IMG/VR virus record: IMGVR_UViG_3300028653_000011 | DNA: 64,000 nucleotides | Direction: 5' to 3' (one strand) | Source: a virus | Lineage: Duplodnaviria; Heunggongvirae; Uroviricota; Caudoviricetes | Shown: positions 46,457-57,614 of the stretch, in pieces | How the letters are laid out: the number at the start of each line of letters is the position of its first letter | How positions within the stretch are numbered: position 1 is the first letter of the stretch | The notes under the pieces: model-generated | Told to the model about the DNA's origin: nothing | What the model saw: only the letters and a program-made list of their open reading frames with translations | Databases searched by the model: none | Made by a program: the position numbers and the translations under genes

Positions 46457-48934
46457 ATGTTCTTTAGGTTCCAACAAGTCGCCAATCTCATCACTGTTGA
46501 TGATGCATATGCTGAATTGATCGAAATATTGCCCTCGGGTGACTTCAAGTTTCAATTCAGTTACACTGTCAATCCAGCATCGGCGATCAATCACGGCGCT
46601 AGTGTCGTCAACGTCAGCGTCATCAGTCGGTATTTACAACCCGTCACCGTCTTGGGTAACACACAACGAGGCACAGTTGATACCACTTCGATGGTCAATA
46701 ACATCAGATCACTGATGCCTAATGCAAAGACGGCATTGCTTCGTCAGGATAAATTTGTGGTCGCATCCAAGCGTAGCAACATCCTTTCATACGTCAATGA
46801 TGAAATCTTGCAGATGGTGCGGGCAAATGTTGCCGCGGAGAATATCCCACAACTCAACACCCCTCAACTCAAGTTAGTGACAGCGGGTGATACGAAACAA
46901 AACAATGATCCACAACCGTTGCTACATCGTGTCGCCAACTCTATGGCGGTCCCCAACATTCAACTCGCGTTGTCGGCGTCCTTTTTGACGCTGCCTCAGA
47001 AGTTGATGCAGGACATGATCACCCGCCAAGGCCTTGATCCTTCGTACATCATGCAGTTGGCGGCCAGAGCACAGTCCGAGGACACAACTCGGGGAGGATT
47101 GAGCAATCCTTCGATGGCGGTTGAATTATCTACTGATCCTGCCACACAGTTGGCCAATTATCACCTCTTTCCTTCAACGTCTACCGTACCACCGACTACC
47201 ACTGATGATGTCACTGATGATGAACTAGTGCAGGTGATGACGACGGTTACTGACCAAACCGTTGAAATTCCTGTAACCATGGTACTTTCACGTGCACTGC
47301 TACGTTCAGAAGGGGCAGCAACCAACTTTTTCGTTCAATTTGACCTGTTGGATTCCGACTCTGGTGAACCCATTGACACTGTCATCAAAACGCTTAATGT
47401 ACCAAAGGAACTACGTGTGTACAATACGCCCAAGTTGTCACCCACGCTGAAAACATCTGTTTCCCCCTTTGCAAGTCGGGCAACGTTGCAGATTCAACAA
47501 GTTGATTCTACAGCCACGGCAGTACAAGTCTTCAAGAAGACCATCTACGCTGCAACGCCTGATCTTGACACTTATGCCTTGATCGGAACGTATCAGACGT
47601 CTAAGCGACAAAATTCGCTTCACGTGCAGGTCGACATGCCCATCTCGTCGGTAATTGTTTACCGCGTCATTCCTGTGGGTCCGCAGAACATTCAGGGGTT
47701 TGAGTTTGCTAGCACCGTGATCAAGCCTCCTCGATTCACACCGACTCGTTCGATTGCATTGACGGGTACGCAAGTCGATCAAGGAATACGTCTCGAAGTG
47801 CGTAATCTTCCGACAAAGTGCGTTGCGATACAGTTTTTGCGGTGGAACATGACGACGCACGATAGTTCATATGTCACTGTCAATGGTGATGTAGGATTCA
47901 TTGATGCTGCTTCTCGAACCGCCGATCTGATCACAACCGTTGACGGCGATGTGCATGCTAATAACGTCTACCGTTACGTCGGTCGCCTGATCTATGAAAA
48001 TGGAGTGACGGTTGACGCGGGCGATGTGACGATAGAGTTCTTGCAACCCGCGCCTGGCAAGGTGAACACGGTGATCGACAACATCATTGTCAATCACGAT
48101 TCAACCCCTGACGTGTCGTTCAACATCAACACCATTACTGCGAACACTGATCTAGACGCAATCAAACAGATGTTGGGCAACCAAGACCTGCAGCAATTCT
48201 TTCAAGGTGACCTGCAAACTCAACGTGATCAACTACAACAGCTAATTGCACACAACGTGCAGCGTGTCGATCTTACTACTGGGATTCGTGAAGATTTTGG
48301 TACAGTGACGGTGTCAAACTTCGTTGATTCAGTCCTACGGAAGAATCGCGCGATCAATCCTCTACAATATGGCCACGTGTATCGTTATGAGATCTATCCG
48401 TTGCTTAGGGCCTCCACGACGATGTTCGAAGCACTGCAACAGAATGCGATAGATCCGACGACAAAGAAGCCATACCAGTTTTCACCATCACAGTTCTTGC
48501 ATCCATTGACGTTGACGAGGGGTGTCATCATCACTCCGCAAGGCGCTTCTCAGCGCTATGCCAAGGATCCCATGTCATTCGGAGCGGTCGGTGATGTGGC
48601 GACAATTGAAGCATCGTTCGACCGTGACACGGCAAAAATTGTGAACCAGACTGCGTCACGTTTCAATCGATCGCTCAACATAATTGCGTGGCAAGTACAG
48701 GGTGACATTGAACAAGTTGACAATTTTCTCATCATGAAGCAGGTCAATGGCGTTCGAACGTTGTTGGGAAAAGCCCACACCCAATTTGCGCAAGGTGCAT
48801 GTCAATACTTTCATGTGCTGACGTCACACGACGTGGGAGCAATTAGTTATGTCATCGTGCCCGTGATGAACAGTTATGCCGTGGGGACTCCCGCATTGAC
48901 AAATTCAGTGATCGTGGACGTGCCATGGCAATGA
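46457..48934 (+). CDS. Large putative virion protein with Ig/FN3-like beta domains
   Basis: 825 aa, T/V/S-rich; 'YRVIPV', 'YRYEIYP', 'YVIVPV' strands. Confidence 0.7.
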   Translation: MFFRFQQVANLITVDDAYAELIEILPSGDFKFQFSYTVNPASAINHGASVVNVSVISRYLQPVTVLGNTQRGTVDTTSMVNNIRSLMPNAKTALLRQDKFVVASKRSNILSYVNDEILQMVRANVAAENIPQLNTPQLKLVTAGDTKQNNDPQPLLHRVANSMAVPNIQLALSASFLTLPQKLMQDMITRQGLDPSYIMQLAARAQSEDTTRGGLSNPSMAVELSTDPATQLANYHLFPSTSTVPPTTTDDVTDDELVQVMTTVTDQTVEIPVTMVLSRALLRSEGAATNFFVQFDLLDSDSGEPIDTVIKTLNVPKELRVYNTPKLSPTLKTSVSPFASRATLQIQQVDSTATAVQVFKKTIYAATPDLDTYALIGTYQTSKRQNSLHVQVDMPISSVIVYRVIPVGPQNIQGFEFASTVIKPPRFTPTRSIALTGTQVDQGIRLEVRNLPTKCVAIQFLRWNMTTHDSSYVTVNGDVGFIDAASRTADLITTVDGDVHANNVYRYVGRLIYENGVTVDAGDVTIEFLQPAPGKVNTVIDNIIVNHDSTPDVSFNINTITANTDLDAIKQMLGNQDLQQFFQGDLQTQRDQLQQLIAHNVQRVDLTTGIREDFGTVTVSNFVDSVLRKNRAINPLQYGHVYRYEIYPLLRASTTMFEALQQNAIDPTTKKPYQFSPSQFLHPLTLTRGVIITPQGASQRYAKDPMSFGAVGDVATIEASFDRDTAKIVNQTASRFNRSLNIIAWQVQGDIEQVDNFLIMKQVNGVRTLLGKAHTQFAQGACQYFHVLTSHDVGAISYVIVPVMNSYAVGTPALTNSVIVDVPWQ

Positions 48935-51900
48935 TAGCTTCGCTGCGCGTGAACAATGCCACGACGGCTAACTTGGGCAATGTGGCGATTCAACCGGTGA
49001 CGACGACGCCGGGAGCACAGGCCAACAAGCAATTGACCACGCCCGTGACCGCGATCTCTTCGCACCCGCTACCGGCATATCAAGCCCCAGTGGGTTTGCC
49101 CATCATTATCGTGAAGGGAGCCATTACTCTCAAGAATGACTTGTCCGTCTCCGTCGCCGACGTTGTCAAGCAGATGACGGCACCTCGCATGGTCATTCCA
49201 TTGACGAATGGCGTCAATACGATCATGCCCACGTTCAACTTGGCCCTCAATGCCGGCAAGCAGAACGATCCACGCTTGACGTTGGGATTTATCGAGACGG
49301 CGACCAATTTTCAACCCTACGAACAATTGACAGGCATCTCTCAAGAGCGGCCTGAAGTCGTCATGTTGTCGCATTTTTTGCCCCTGTTTGACCACGATGC
49401 TGTCGGTGCTTCTCCTAACTTCATTGGTCTCATTGAGGCCGGTGGCATCAATTCTTATATGACTGACGCTGGTAAGTACCTCGACGCTCAGATCAACATT
49501 CGTAACCTCCGATCGTTCAACACACAGTCATTGATCACACAATTGAAGGCACGTTATGCCAACATCGCTAAGCAGTTCAACGATCGTGAAGCCGCATTTT
49601 CGTCGGCCTTAAGTGCACTCAACGTTGATGCATCATTCTTGTTGAACTTGGTCAGGATCATTGAATCACAGAAGGCGCAGCTTGATCTCAGGCACGACAT
49701 CTATCTCATCGATCCCACTCAAGTTGGCAGCTTGAACAGCACGAACTTTGCTCAGCAACAGGTCAGTACTAATGCACAGGTTGGGGGTTCAAGGGCACCA
49801 ACCTCAAATTTTGCGAAGTTGGCACAGCGACTCAAGCCCAAGTATGACTTTGTTGACGTGTTGGTCGAATTGGGTTACAAGCAGGACACCGTCGCGAAAG
49901 TCTATGCCTCGTCTAAAATTTGGATGCAGGTCTTGGTGGAGCTGTCGTATGCTCTCAAGTATCACACCCTACAATTCTTGGACATCGATCCGTCGAGTCA
50001 GCGAAATGACACCAACCCATCGACGATTTTATTGCCTCAGGCTAATCGGTTTAGCCTGGCGTTGTCGCTACCCAACCTCGCCAACCTTGACGAGCTTAGT
50101 AACCTGCAGGTTGCACAAGCACAGGACACGCTGGGGACGATTAGGCCTGCGTACAACCTCATCTATCAGAATGTGTTGTTTAAGGATGAAGAAGCACGCA
50201 TTGCGGCTCTTGCTCACCTATTGACGTCGGAGTACCGATATTCACAGGGCCTAACCAACGACTCGACCCGCCGAATACTCCGTGATTTTTATGGCTTCAC
50301 CGTCTCTGATCAGGGTGGCAATTCATCGCTCTTTGACTCAATCATCGGCAAATTTGGCAACAACATCACCGATTTCCCATCACAGGCGACCAATGTCCTG
50401 ACGTCGATTGCACAACAGATTTCGGGCGACACCGGCGTCCTGACGTTCGAGACCAAGTACGTTGAAGGTGACACGGGCACTACGACGCCCGGAGGTGATT
50501 ATTACTTCGATCAGATCCTGCAGACCGATGGGACGAAGTTCAACACGACGAACATTGATGCTCTCGCTCTCGTACTTGAGCGGTCACACGATGCTTTTAG
50601 CATCGTGGTAGATGGACTCAAGCTGATGGCCGATTACGGCCGCGATGGCGTCATCCTAAATAACACATCCGCGTTGCTAGATGCTATCAAGACCAAATTA
50701 GTGGATGCGTCGGGTACCACATCTCAGATGCTCCAGAACGACAAGTTGGCCGCCGTCTTTGCCTATGCCAGGAACGACAACAACGTTAAGTCGACGTTGT
50801 TTCTCTACATAATCAGCAAGATCTCCCGGAGTTATGGCATCAATGTGCCGGGCTTTGCCTCGTCACCGACGGCTGATAACACTCCGCTCGTTGACTATTT
50901 GGTTGAGTTGGTCAATCAATCGCTGGCGGCGTCGGTACCGACGTCTCGCACGACGATCCAATTCATCAATGATGAAGGATTGAACAATGTCGTCACCACT
51001 GCACTGACGCCAGAAGCCATCGCGACGGCGCTCAAGTCAGGCACTGAATTGACGACGTACATTCAACAATTGATGAGCCAAATCCTCATCCAATTTCGTG
51101 TCACCACGACGGCAATCAACAAGGGTTATACCCGTTTCAATGGTTACATCGACACGACGGTGTTGATGGTGGCGTTTGATCTGATCATTGCGATGGTTGC
51201 CCGTTATGGCAACACTAGCATCGTCGGCACGACGTCAGATCAAACGACGATCACGGCAGGCTTGACCAACTATACCATCGCGCGTAGCGGCACTGGCAAC
51301 GCTGATTCCATCCGCGAGTTGTCGGAACGTGCCGATGGTGAAGATGCTCGAGTGCAACAGATGATCCTCGCCATCATCGGCGGAATGAAGGCATTGAATG
51401 CTTCATTGAAGTTGATCAGCAACTACCTCAAGTCTCCTCCTGCAATTCAACACTTGCAGGACATTGCGACCATCTTGAACCATGATCAACAGCTGTTGGG
51501 CATGCTGTTTTCCGAACAACAGATCATGATGTTGGCTGCGTCGGTTCAAAATTTGCTAGCGGCGTCAGCACCCACGCAACCTACGTCTAAGGCCAAGGCT
51601 AGTCAAGGCATATCAGGTACCCCCAAGAAGGTGCAGGTGCTCGATGAATCACAAATCTCACCGGCCCTTCGAGCGGCGCTGTTTGGTTATTTCGGGACCG
51701 ATCAATTTGCAACCGTCAAAGGCACCAATAAGCGGATCTTAACGGTGGGAGTTCCATTGGGATTCACCCAACGCCTCAAGCAGAAAGTCAACATTCAACA
51801 ACAACAGCGTGCATCATTCCAAAATCGTCGTAATGACATTGTCAATGTCTGTGTCTATAAGATTGACCTGGTCAATAGCGACATCATCTATAAACCCCAA

Positions 51901-53061
51901 CGTTTCATGTTTGAAATGTCGCGGTTTCCTGCACGGTTGACGACGGCCCAATGGTTGCCATTGCCCCAACAACCCACCGCTGCCGACGTTATCAACTCAA
52001 TTCCAACGTTGAATTTTAGCCAAGATCCGAACGCTGGTACTGCCGCGGCGATCACTAATGGCTTTGAATACGCGTCGTCAGTCATCGCCGGTAATGATGG
52101 CCTCAAGAATGTTCGCGTTGCTCTCGACGATGATTCGTATTCATTCTTGACGGCCAATCAAAAGGCGGAATTGTTGCAGAACCACGTCGCCAGTCAGTTG
52201 CTCGAGTCGTACATTAAGTTGATGATCGGCATGGACGTAGCTGAGTCAAATTTCAGCATGGCACCCGCAGCGCCACCAGCTGAAGCTAGCTTCGTGCAAA
52301 CGCTCACAGAACACATGGTGTCGTCTGTCGCTGACCAAGTGACAAGGAAAGCAACACAGCCTCCGGGAAAGGGTTCTACTGCCCCCTCGGGTGGCGTCAT
52401 GTTTTCAACGACAGTCGTGGGGTCTCCACCCGGCATTCAATCGTTGGCGGCACCTGCTTCAATCTCGCAGCCTACGTATGCCAACGCGGCCGGCGTCGGT
52501 GGGTCAGTGACAACATCAACAGTGAATGGTCAAATTCAACCCGCTTCAGCGCCCATTCAATCGCTAGAACAACAGGCCGTCGTCGGTAACCTTGATGCTA
52601 ACCTCAGCACCATTTCTGCACGTAATACCTCCGTTGTGTATGAACAGCTCAGGACGATCAACGGTTTTTCCAACACTTTGACGACGGCATCGGATCCCAC
52701 TTCACTGGCCCAACGGGTGGTGGCTCCGCGGACGTTTGACCGCGTCTTCAACATCATTGTTGATCCCAATGACTTTGAGATTGATGTGACAGCGACGATC
52801 GCTAGTCCCTATGGCAAGGACGCGTTAGGGCTGATGATCGCCAATGGCGAGATCGTCACGGCAACCGAAAGTGATCAGGCTGCATTTCAGGTGCTAGCGA
52901 CGGCCGTGCGAGCCACCACCCCCGGTTCTCGAAGCTTCGGCCGCGGTCGGCCCGCGCCCAACGTCAACAACTACCAATATCGCCCGCGTGATCGCAACAA
53001 CGGCGACCTGATCACCGACAAGTACTTCGTCACCATTGAGACTCTCGACGAGGGCACGTAA
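48925..53061 (+). CDS. Very large putative virion protein (1378 aa)
   Basis: Uninterrupted ORF, helical central part, structural context; no recognisable catalytic motif. Confidence 0.7.
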   Translation: MAMIASLRVNNATTANLGNVAIQPVTTTPGAQANKQLTTPVTAISSHPLPAYQAPVGLPIIIVKGAITLKNDLSVSVADVVKQMTAPRMVIPLTNGVNTIMPTFNLALNAGKQNDPRLTLGFIETATNFQPYEQLTGISQERPEVVMLSHFLPLFDHDAVGASPNFIGLIEAGGINSYMTDAGKYLDAQINIRNLRSFNTQSLITQLKARYANIAKQFNDREAAFSSALSALNVDASFLLNLVRIIESQKAQLDLRHDIYLIDPTQVGSLNSTNFAQQQVSTNAQVGGSRAPTSNFAKLAQRLKPKYDFVDVLVELGYKQDTVAKVYASSKIWMQVLVELSYALKYHTLQFLDIDPSSQRNDTNPSTILLPQANRFSLALSLPNLANLDELSNLQVAQAQDTLGTIRPAYNLIYQNVLFKDEEARIAALAHLLTSEYRYSQGLTNDSTRRILRDFYGFTVSDQGGNSSLFDSIIGKFGNNITDFPSQATNVLTSIAQQISGDTGVLTFETKYVEGDTGTTTPGGDYYFDQILQTDGTKFNTTNIDALALVLERSHDAFSIVVDGLKLMADYGRDGVILNNTSALLDAIKTKLVDASGTTSQMLQNDKLAAVFAYARNDNNVKSTLFLYIISKISRSYGINVPGFASSPTADNTPLVDYLVELVNQSLAASVPTSRTTIQFINDEGLNNVVTTALTPEAIATALKSGTELTTYIQQLMSQILIQFRVTTTAINKGYTRFNGYIDTTVLMVAFDLIIAMVARYGNTSIVGTTSDQTTITAGLTNYTIARSGTGNADSIRELSERADGEDARVQQMILAIIGGMKALNASLKLISNYLKSPPAIQHLQDIATILNHDQQLLGMLFSEQQIMMLAASVQNLLAASAPTQPTSKAKASQGISGTPKKVQVLDESQISPALRAALFGYFGTDQFATVKGTNKRILTVGVPLGFTQRLKQKVNIQQQQRASFQNRRNDIVNVCVYKIDLVNSDIIYKPQRFMFEMSRFPARLTTAQWLPLPQQPTAADVINSIPTLNFSQDPNAGTAAAITNGFEYASSVIAGNDGLKNVRVALDDDSYSFLTANQKAELLQNHVASQLLESYIKLMIGMDVAESNFSMAPAAPPAEASFVQTLTEHMVSSVADQVTRKATQPPGKGSTAPSGGVMFSTTVVGSPPGIQSLAAPASISQPTYANAAGVGGSVTTSTVNGQIQPASAPIQSLEQQAVVGNLDANLSTISARNTSVVYEQLRTINGFSNTLTTASDPTSLAQRVVAPRTFDRVFNIIVDPNDFEIDVTATIASPYGKDALGLMIANGEIVTATESDQAAFQVLATAVRATTPGSRSFGRGRPAPNVNNYQYRPRDRNNGDLITDKYFVTIETLDEGT

Positions 53062-53065
53062 ACAC

Positions 53066-55045
53066 ATGACAATTTCACAACCCTCTAAGTTGGTCTATTC
53101 GATCGACGTGCCTGAAGTCACTGACTTCAACGCCGCGTTCAAGTACAACTTTTTTACGCCCGATGAGTGCGTCAATGATTCGGGCGGCGTACCCGCTCGT
53201 GCACTGTCGCGCCCCGGGGGTAACATTGACACCAACTTCATTCAGTGGTCGCTCACTCGGGTGCCCCGCGAGGTCACCTTCAACTTTTCGCTGCCCAAGA
53301 TGGCCGACGTGGGCAATGCCGTCAGCGCTCAGGCCCAACGTAGCAACGCTAACAGGACGACGGGTGCTCAATACGGATCGCTGATCCTAGACAATGTCGA
53401 CAAAATTGTCAATGAGGACTTCTTCGCCGCCAATGGCTTTGTTGCCATCAGTTTTCACGACGGCAAGATCGATGACAAGATTCATTCATTGGTGACGGGT
53501 ACTTTGGCAGTGCAGACGCTGCAATCAACGCATCCCGACAGTACTAGTCACTACAAGGCATCCGCAAAGCTATCGACGGTGCTGCCCAATGACATCAAGC
53601 CTCACTTTGTCTTCCGCGCCTTGACGCAACCCAACAATGCATACGGTGGACAATTTTACGTGCCTGCCGGCGACACGACGACTCGTGCGGCCACGGGAGG
53701 TTATGCTCAACCCTCATCGACCTCAACGACGCTGCAGCGGTTCGTCAACGGCTACTACGAGGGATTGAAGAACGTGTCGGTCAACGTGCAGGTCAACGCT
53801 AAGTTGTTGCAGGACATGCTCGAGCGGACGATCAGCGATCCCACGACGTCGATGGCCGGCGATGTCACCAACATGCACTCATATGCCCGGTCAGCAAAGC
53901 AGGCAACGAACCAACGCGCGACGCCCGCAGTGTCGGAGAGCGACTACAAGACGTACGTGCCATACATCAGCGTTCACAAGCAGAACACGGCGATGCACCA
54001 CGACAAGTACGGTGCCGAACTGGTGGGCTTTGTCATTGACAAGGTCGAAGTGCTGCCCGATGGTACCACCGTCGTTCACCCACCCATCGTCGTGGATAGT
54101 CCCCATGCGGCCACGACGGCCGACTTCCGCGTCAAGTTCAATGCTAACTACTGCTACAACATCAGGACGATCGCCCTACTGACGCTGCCGGCGATCGATG
54201 AAAACAACGAGGACATCGCGACTGTCAAGGTGTTGGTCAGCAGCAAGCCGTCGAACCGCGTCTACGTCAGCACCAGCAAGTTCGACGCTCCTCCTCCTCC
54301 CGGTGACATTGACTTTACGTGGAACTATGAGGCCCAGAGCCTGCTAGTGTCGTGGGCTTTTCCGGTCTGGTCACAGCAGGACATCAAGCAGTTTCAGGTC
54401 TTCAGGCGCACGACGGTCGACCACCCGTTTCAGTTGCAGAAGTCGTATAACTTCGACGATTCCGACATCAAATTTCCCGATCCCGAGAACCCCGATCCCG
54501 TGTTGGTGGAGTACCTGACGTCACCCTGCCAGTTCTATATCGACGATGACTTCGATCCCAAGGTCAATTCTTCACGTGACAAGGGTTTCATCTATGCTGT
54601 GTCCTGTATCGATGCTCACGGCCTGTCGAGCCCGCTGTCGGCGCAGTACCGCGTGTGGTTCGATCAATTCAAGAATAAGCTGCAGCTCGAACACGTCAGT
54701 CACCTCGGTGCTCCCAAGCCCTATCCGAACTTGTACCTCGACGGTGACGTCTTCGTCAATACCATCAAGGTGGCTGGGCCCCACAGCAAACGGATGAAGC
54801 TGTACTTCAACCCGGAGTACTACTACTTGTACGACGATCAGAACAGGTTGACGCCGACACTGGCGACGCAGCAGCGGGGAGGCAGTTACAAGTTGCAGTT
54901 CATCAACATCGATAATGGCAAGGCGCAGGACATCGACATTGCGATCAACGACCAGATGAGCACCAATTTGCAACCGCTGGCGACGACACAAGTCAGCCTC
55001 GGGCCCAAGCGACGGAATAGGGCACTGGCCAACAGTGCGCCGTAA
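53066..55045 (+). CDS. Putative virion protein with FN3-like domain
   Basis: Start MTISQPS at 53066; 'PPPPGDI..TWN...LLVSW...FQVFRR...YAVSCIDAHGLSSPLS'. Confidence 0.75.
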   Translation: MTISQPSKLVYSIDVPEVTDFNAAFKYNFFTPDECVNDSGGVPARALSRPGGNIDTNFIQWSLTRVPREVTFNFSLPKMADVGNAVSAQAQRSNANRTTGAQYGSLILDNVDKIVNEDFFAANGFVAISFHDGKIDDKIHSLVTGTLAVQTLQSTHPDSTSHYKASAKLSTVLPNDIKPHFVFRALTQPNNAYGGQFYVPAGDTTTRAATGGYAQPSSTSTTLQRFVNGYYEGLKNVSVNVQVNAKLLQDMLERTISDPTTSMAGDVTNMHSYARSAKQATNQRATPAVSESDYKTYVPYISVHKQNTAMHHDKYGAELVGFVIDKVEVLPDGTTVVHPPIVVDSPHAATTADFRVKFNANYCYNIRTIALLTLPAIDENNEDIATVKVLVSSKPSNRVYVSTSKFDAPPPPGDIDFTWNYEAQSLLVSWAFPVWSQQDIKQFQVFRRTTVDHPFQLQKSYNFDDSDIKFPDPENPDPVLVEYLTSPCQFYIDDDFDPKVNSSRDKGFIYAVSCIDAHGLSSPLSAQYRVWFDQFKNKLQLEHVSHLGAPKPYPNLYLDGDVFVNTIKVAGPHSKRMKLYFNPEYYYLYDDQNRLTPTLATQQRGGSYKLQFINIDNGKAQDIDIAINDQMSTNLQPLATTQVSLGPKRRNRALANSAP

Positions 55046-55074
55046 AGTGTGTGAGGATAGGGTAAGATTAGGAT

Positions 55075-55251
55075 ATGACTAACGTAGAGTGCGACCATCG
55101 TTGCAAGCCTTTGGCAAATGATCATCCTGATCGACCTGGGAAAAAGTTCGAGTGCTGTTTATGCGGTGAATTGTTTGAAGAAGTGTGCAAACCAATTGCT
55201 ATACAGCCTCAATTCAAGATGCACGTCGGCGCGCCAAATAACAAGCCATGA
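55075..55251 (+). CDS. 58-aa Cys-rich microprotein
   Basis: Below the track cutoff: MTNVECDHRCKPLANDHPDRPGKKFECCLCGELFEEVCK...; TAAGAT 6 nt upstream; ATGA-coupled to the endonuclease. Confidence 0.65.
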   Translation: MTNVECDHRCKPLANDHPDRPGKKFECCLCGELFEEVCKPIAIQPQFKMHVGAPNNKP

Positions 55252-55982
55252 TCGTCTACTTGGTCCGCAATCGCCTGAATGGGAAGGGCTACGTGGGGGT
55301 GACGAAGTATACGCTTGAATGGCGATGGAAAGAACATTTGAGTGATGCCCGATGTGGCAGTAAGTTGGCGTTTCACTGTGCCATTCGTAAGTGGGGTGTT
55401 GACGCCTTTGAATTGTCGATCATTGAAACGTTGAGTGAGAGTGCATCACTTGTAGATCTTGACGTCGCCGAAAGACGGTGGGTTAAAGATCTCGACACTT
55501 TTGGTAAGAACGGTTATAACATGACACCTGGTGGTCGTGTTGGGGGTGGTTGGGTGAAGGGTTATGTTGTCAAACAATCAACAAGAGAGAAACTTTCCTT
55601 AAGTCGTCGTGGTAAGAAGAATTCACTTGAACAGAATGTTTTAATTACCACTGGGGTTCGCGCGTATTACGCTACACACGATGGTCCCAACAAGGATAAA
55701 CCGTGGAGTGATGAGACACGATTGAAAAATATGGTCATCAGACACCCACGTAAAAAGCCCGTGTTTGGTTACAATGAAATTGGAGAGTGTGTGATTGCTT
55801 ACTTGTCGATAGATGATGCTGTCGAAGCGACGGGATTGAGTTATCGTACATTGACAGGCAATCGAAAGAAGTACAAACTCAAGTACGTGGACGGGATTAC
55901 TTACCGTCGTAGCAAGTTGACGATCGCTGAACTGAAAGAAGAAGGTAGACCCCATGGGCTGGCTCGACAATTCGACGAATAA
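55248..55982 (+). mobile_element. Free-standing GIY-YIG homing endonuclease
   Basis: 'IVYLVRNRLNGKGYVG', 'RWKEH', 'AIRKWG..F', 'GYNMTPGG', NUMOD-like tail. Confidence 0.92.
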
Positions 55983-56670
55983 CTTGATTCTTGATGCTTG
56001 TCTCACTGACGTGGGCCGTCAATTCCTCGCTCGCAACGATGGCTCCTTCGCGGTGCACAAGTACGCGCTCGGCGATGACGAAGTCAACTACGGTATCATC
56101 ACGAAATACGGCCGAACTGTGGGAGCCGAAAAGATCGAAAAGAACACCCCCATCTTCGAGGCGCTGACCAACCAAGCCATCGCCCAGAAGTATAGGTTGA
56201 TCTCCGTCTCCAATCCCAACCTGCTGTACATGCCCCTATTGTCCCTGACGGGTGATGCCAACGTTGACGGCCTCAACGAGCTGGTGACGCTGGGCCTCAA
56301 CACGCAGCAGACGGCGGCTGTCACCGTGCAGCAGACTATTCAGAATGAGACGACGATCGACGTGGAACTACGCGACCAGACGTTCCTGCTCGACGTGCCC
56401 AACCTCTTCGTGCAGATCCTGAAGAACACTCCTGAGAACATCGACGGCAACCAGCGGGCGACATATGTCCTGACCAGGTCGCCGGCGGAGAACTCCTACG
56501 GTGGTTCGTCAGTGCAATTCACGATGTCAGTCAAGAGCTTGACCAATGCGTTGTTTCAGGTCTACGGGACGACGGCCGACAAGACCTTGATCAAGGCGTT
56601 CATGAAGGTGACGGGTGTTCAGAGCGGCGCGGTTCAAGAGATAGGAATTGTCATCAATCAAAACCTCTAA
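55954..56670 (+). CDS. Putative tail/baseplate structural protein
   Basis: 'MGWLDN...DACLTDVGRQFLAR..GSF.V.KYALGDDEVNY' resembles the N-terminal half of the tail-collar/fibre anchor (DUF3751-like) domain. Confidence 0.75.
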   Translation: MGWLDNSTNNLILDACLTDVGRQFLARNDGSFAVHKYALGDDEVNYGIITKYGRTVGAEKIEKNTPIFEALTNQAIAQKYRLISVSNPNLLYMPLLSLTGDANVDGLNELVTLGLNTQQTAAVTVQQTIQNETTIDVELRDQTFLLDVPNLFVQILKNTPENIDGNQRATYVLTRSPAENSYGGSSVQFTMSVKSLTNALFQVYGTTADKTLIKAFMKVTGVQSGAVQEIGIVINQNL

Positions 56671-56707
56671 GAGGTGTAGATCGTACCCTTAAGTGGTATG
56701 ATCAGTT

Positions 56708-57610
56708 GTGTACGTCAAGACGATTGAAGAACTGTTCATTGATAAACGCTGGGGTCACCCTCGAGCCCGCCACATTGACGTGTATGCATGTGATGAGTGT
56801 GGCGCAGAGCACATGACATCTCACAGGGCAGCGCATGCTACTAGCGCTGCATTGACGTTCTGTTCGCGTGATTGCAGTAAGCGTTCGAGATCAAGTGGAA
56901 AGTTAGCGCAGAAGTGTGTGGATGTTAGGGTTGAGCGGTACGGCGTTGAATACTCGTCGCAAGTACCCGGTGCGACAGAAAAGATGATTGTGACGAGGGT
57001 TGAGAGAACTGGGGCACTTGCGCCGTCAGATCCTACATCATCATCGAATGTCAAGTTCAAGCAGACGATGATGGAGAGGCACGGTGCCGATCACCCGTCG
57101 AATGCCATTGGCGTCAAGGCGAAGAAGTTAGAGACGTACCGCGAGAGGTACGGTGTTGATAGCCCGTTCAGTGCGGGATCACCGTTCAGATTATCAAGTG
57201 AAGAATTGAGAGTTGCAGGTCAAAAAGGGTATCGATCTACAGCGAGACAAGAGAACGGATGGATTGTGTCAAAGCCTGAGCAAGCATTAGTTGAGTTTCT
57301 GCGAATGAGGTATGGTAACGTTGAACAACAAGCTCTCGTTGAACACGGGACACGTAAATGCTGGTTGATTGATGCGTACGTATGCAGCATTGACACATAT
57401 GTGCAGCTTGATGGTGAGTTCTGGCATGGTCTCGATAAACCCTACGAAGATCTACACCCGACCAGTAAGAGGGCTTATGATGCCGACCGGGCGCAAGATG
57501 AATGGTTCAGAACACATGGACGCAGATTAGTTAGGATAACCGACAAGGAACTGATCATGTGCAATAAACTCAACGACTGGTCAACAGTTCTCCAACGATT
57601 GGAGGGGTAA
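56708..57610 (+). mobile_element. Free-standing Vsr/DUF559-type endonuclease with zinc finger and ERYGV repeats
   Basis: 'CDECG...FCSRDC', repeats ERYGV/ERHGA, 'SKPEQ', 'IDAY', 'QLDGEFWHG', 'D..QD.W...G.RLVRI'. Confidence 0.85.
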
Positions 57611-57614
57611 TCCC

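Noticed and set aside
55075-57614. Group I introns housing the endonucleases
   Set aside because: Flanking genes are complete and the spacers are too short for a ribozyme core.
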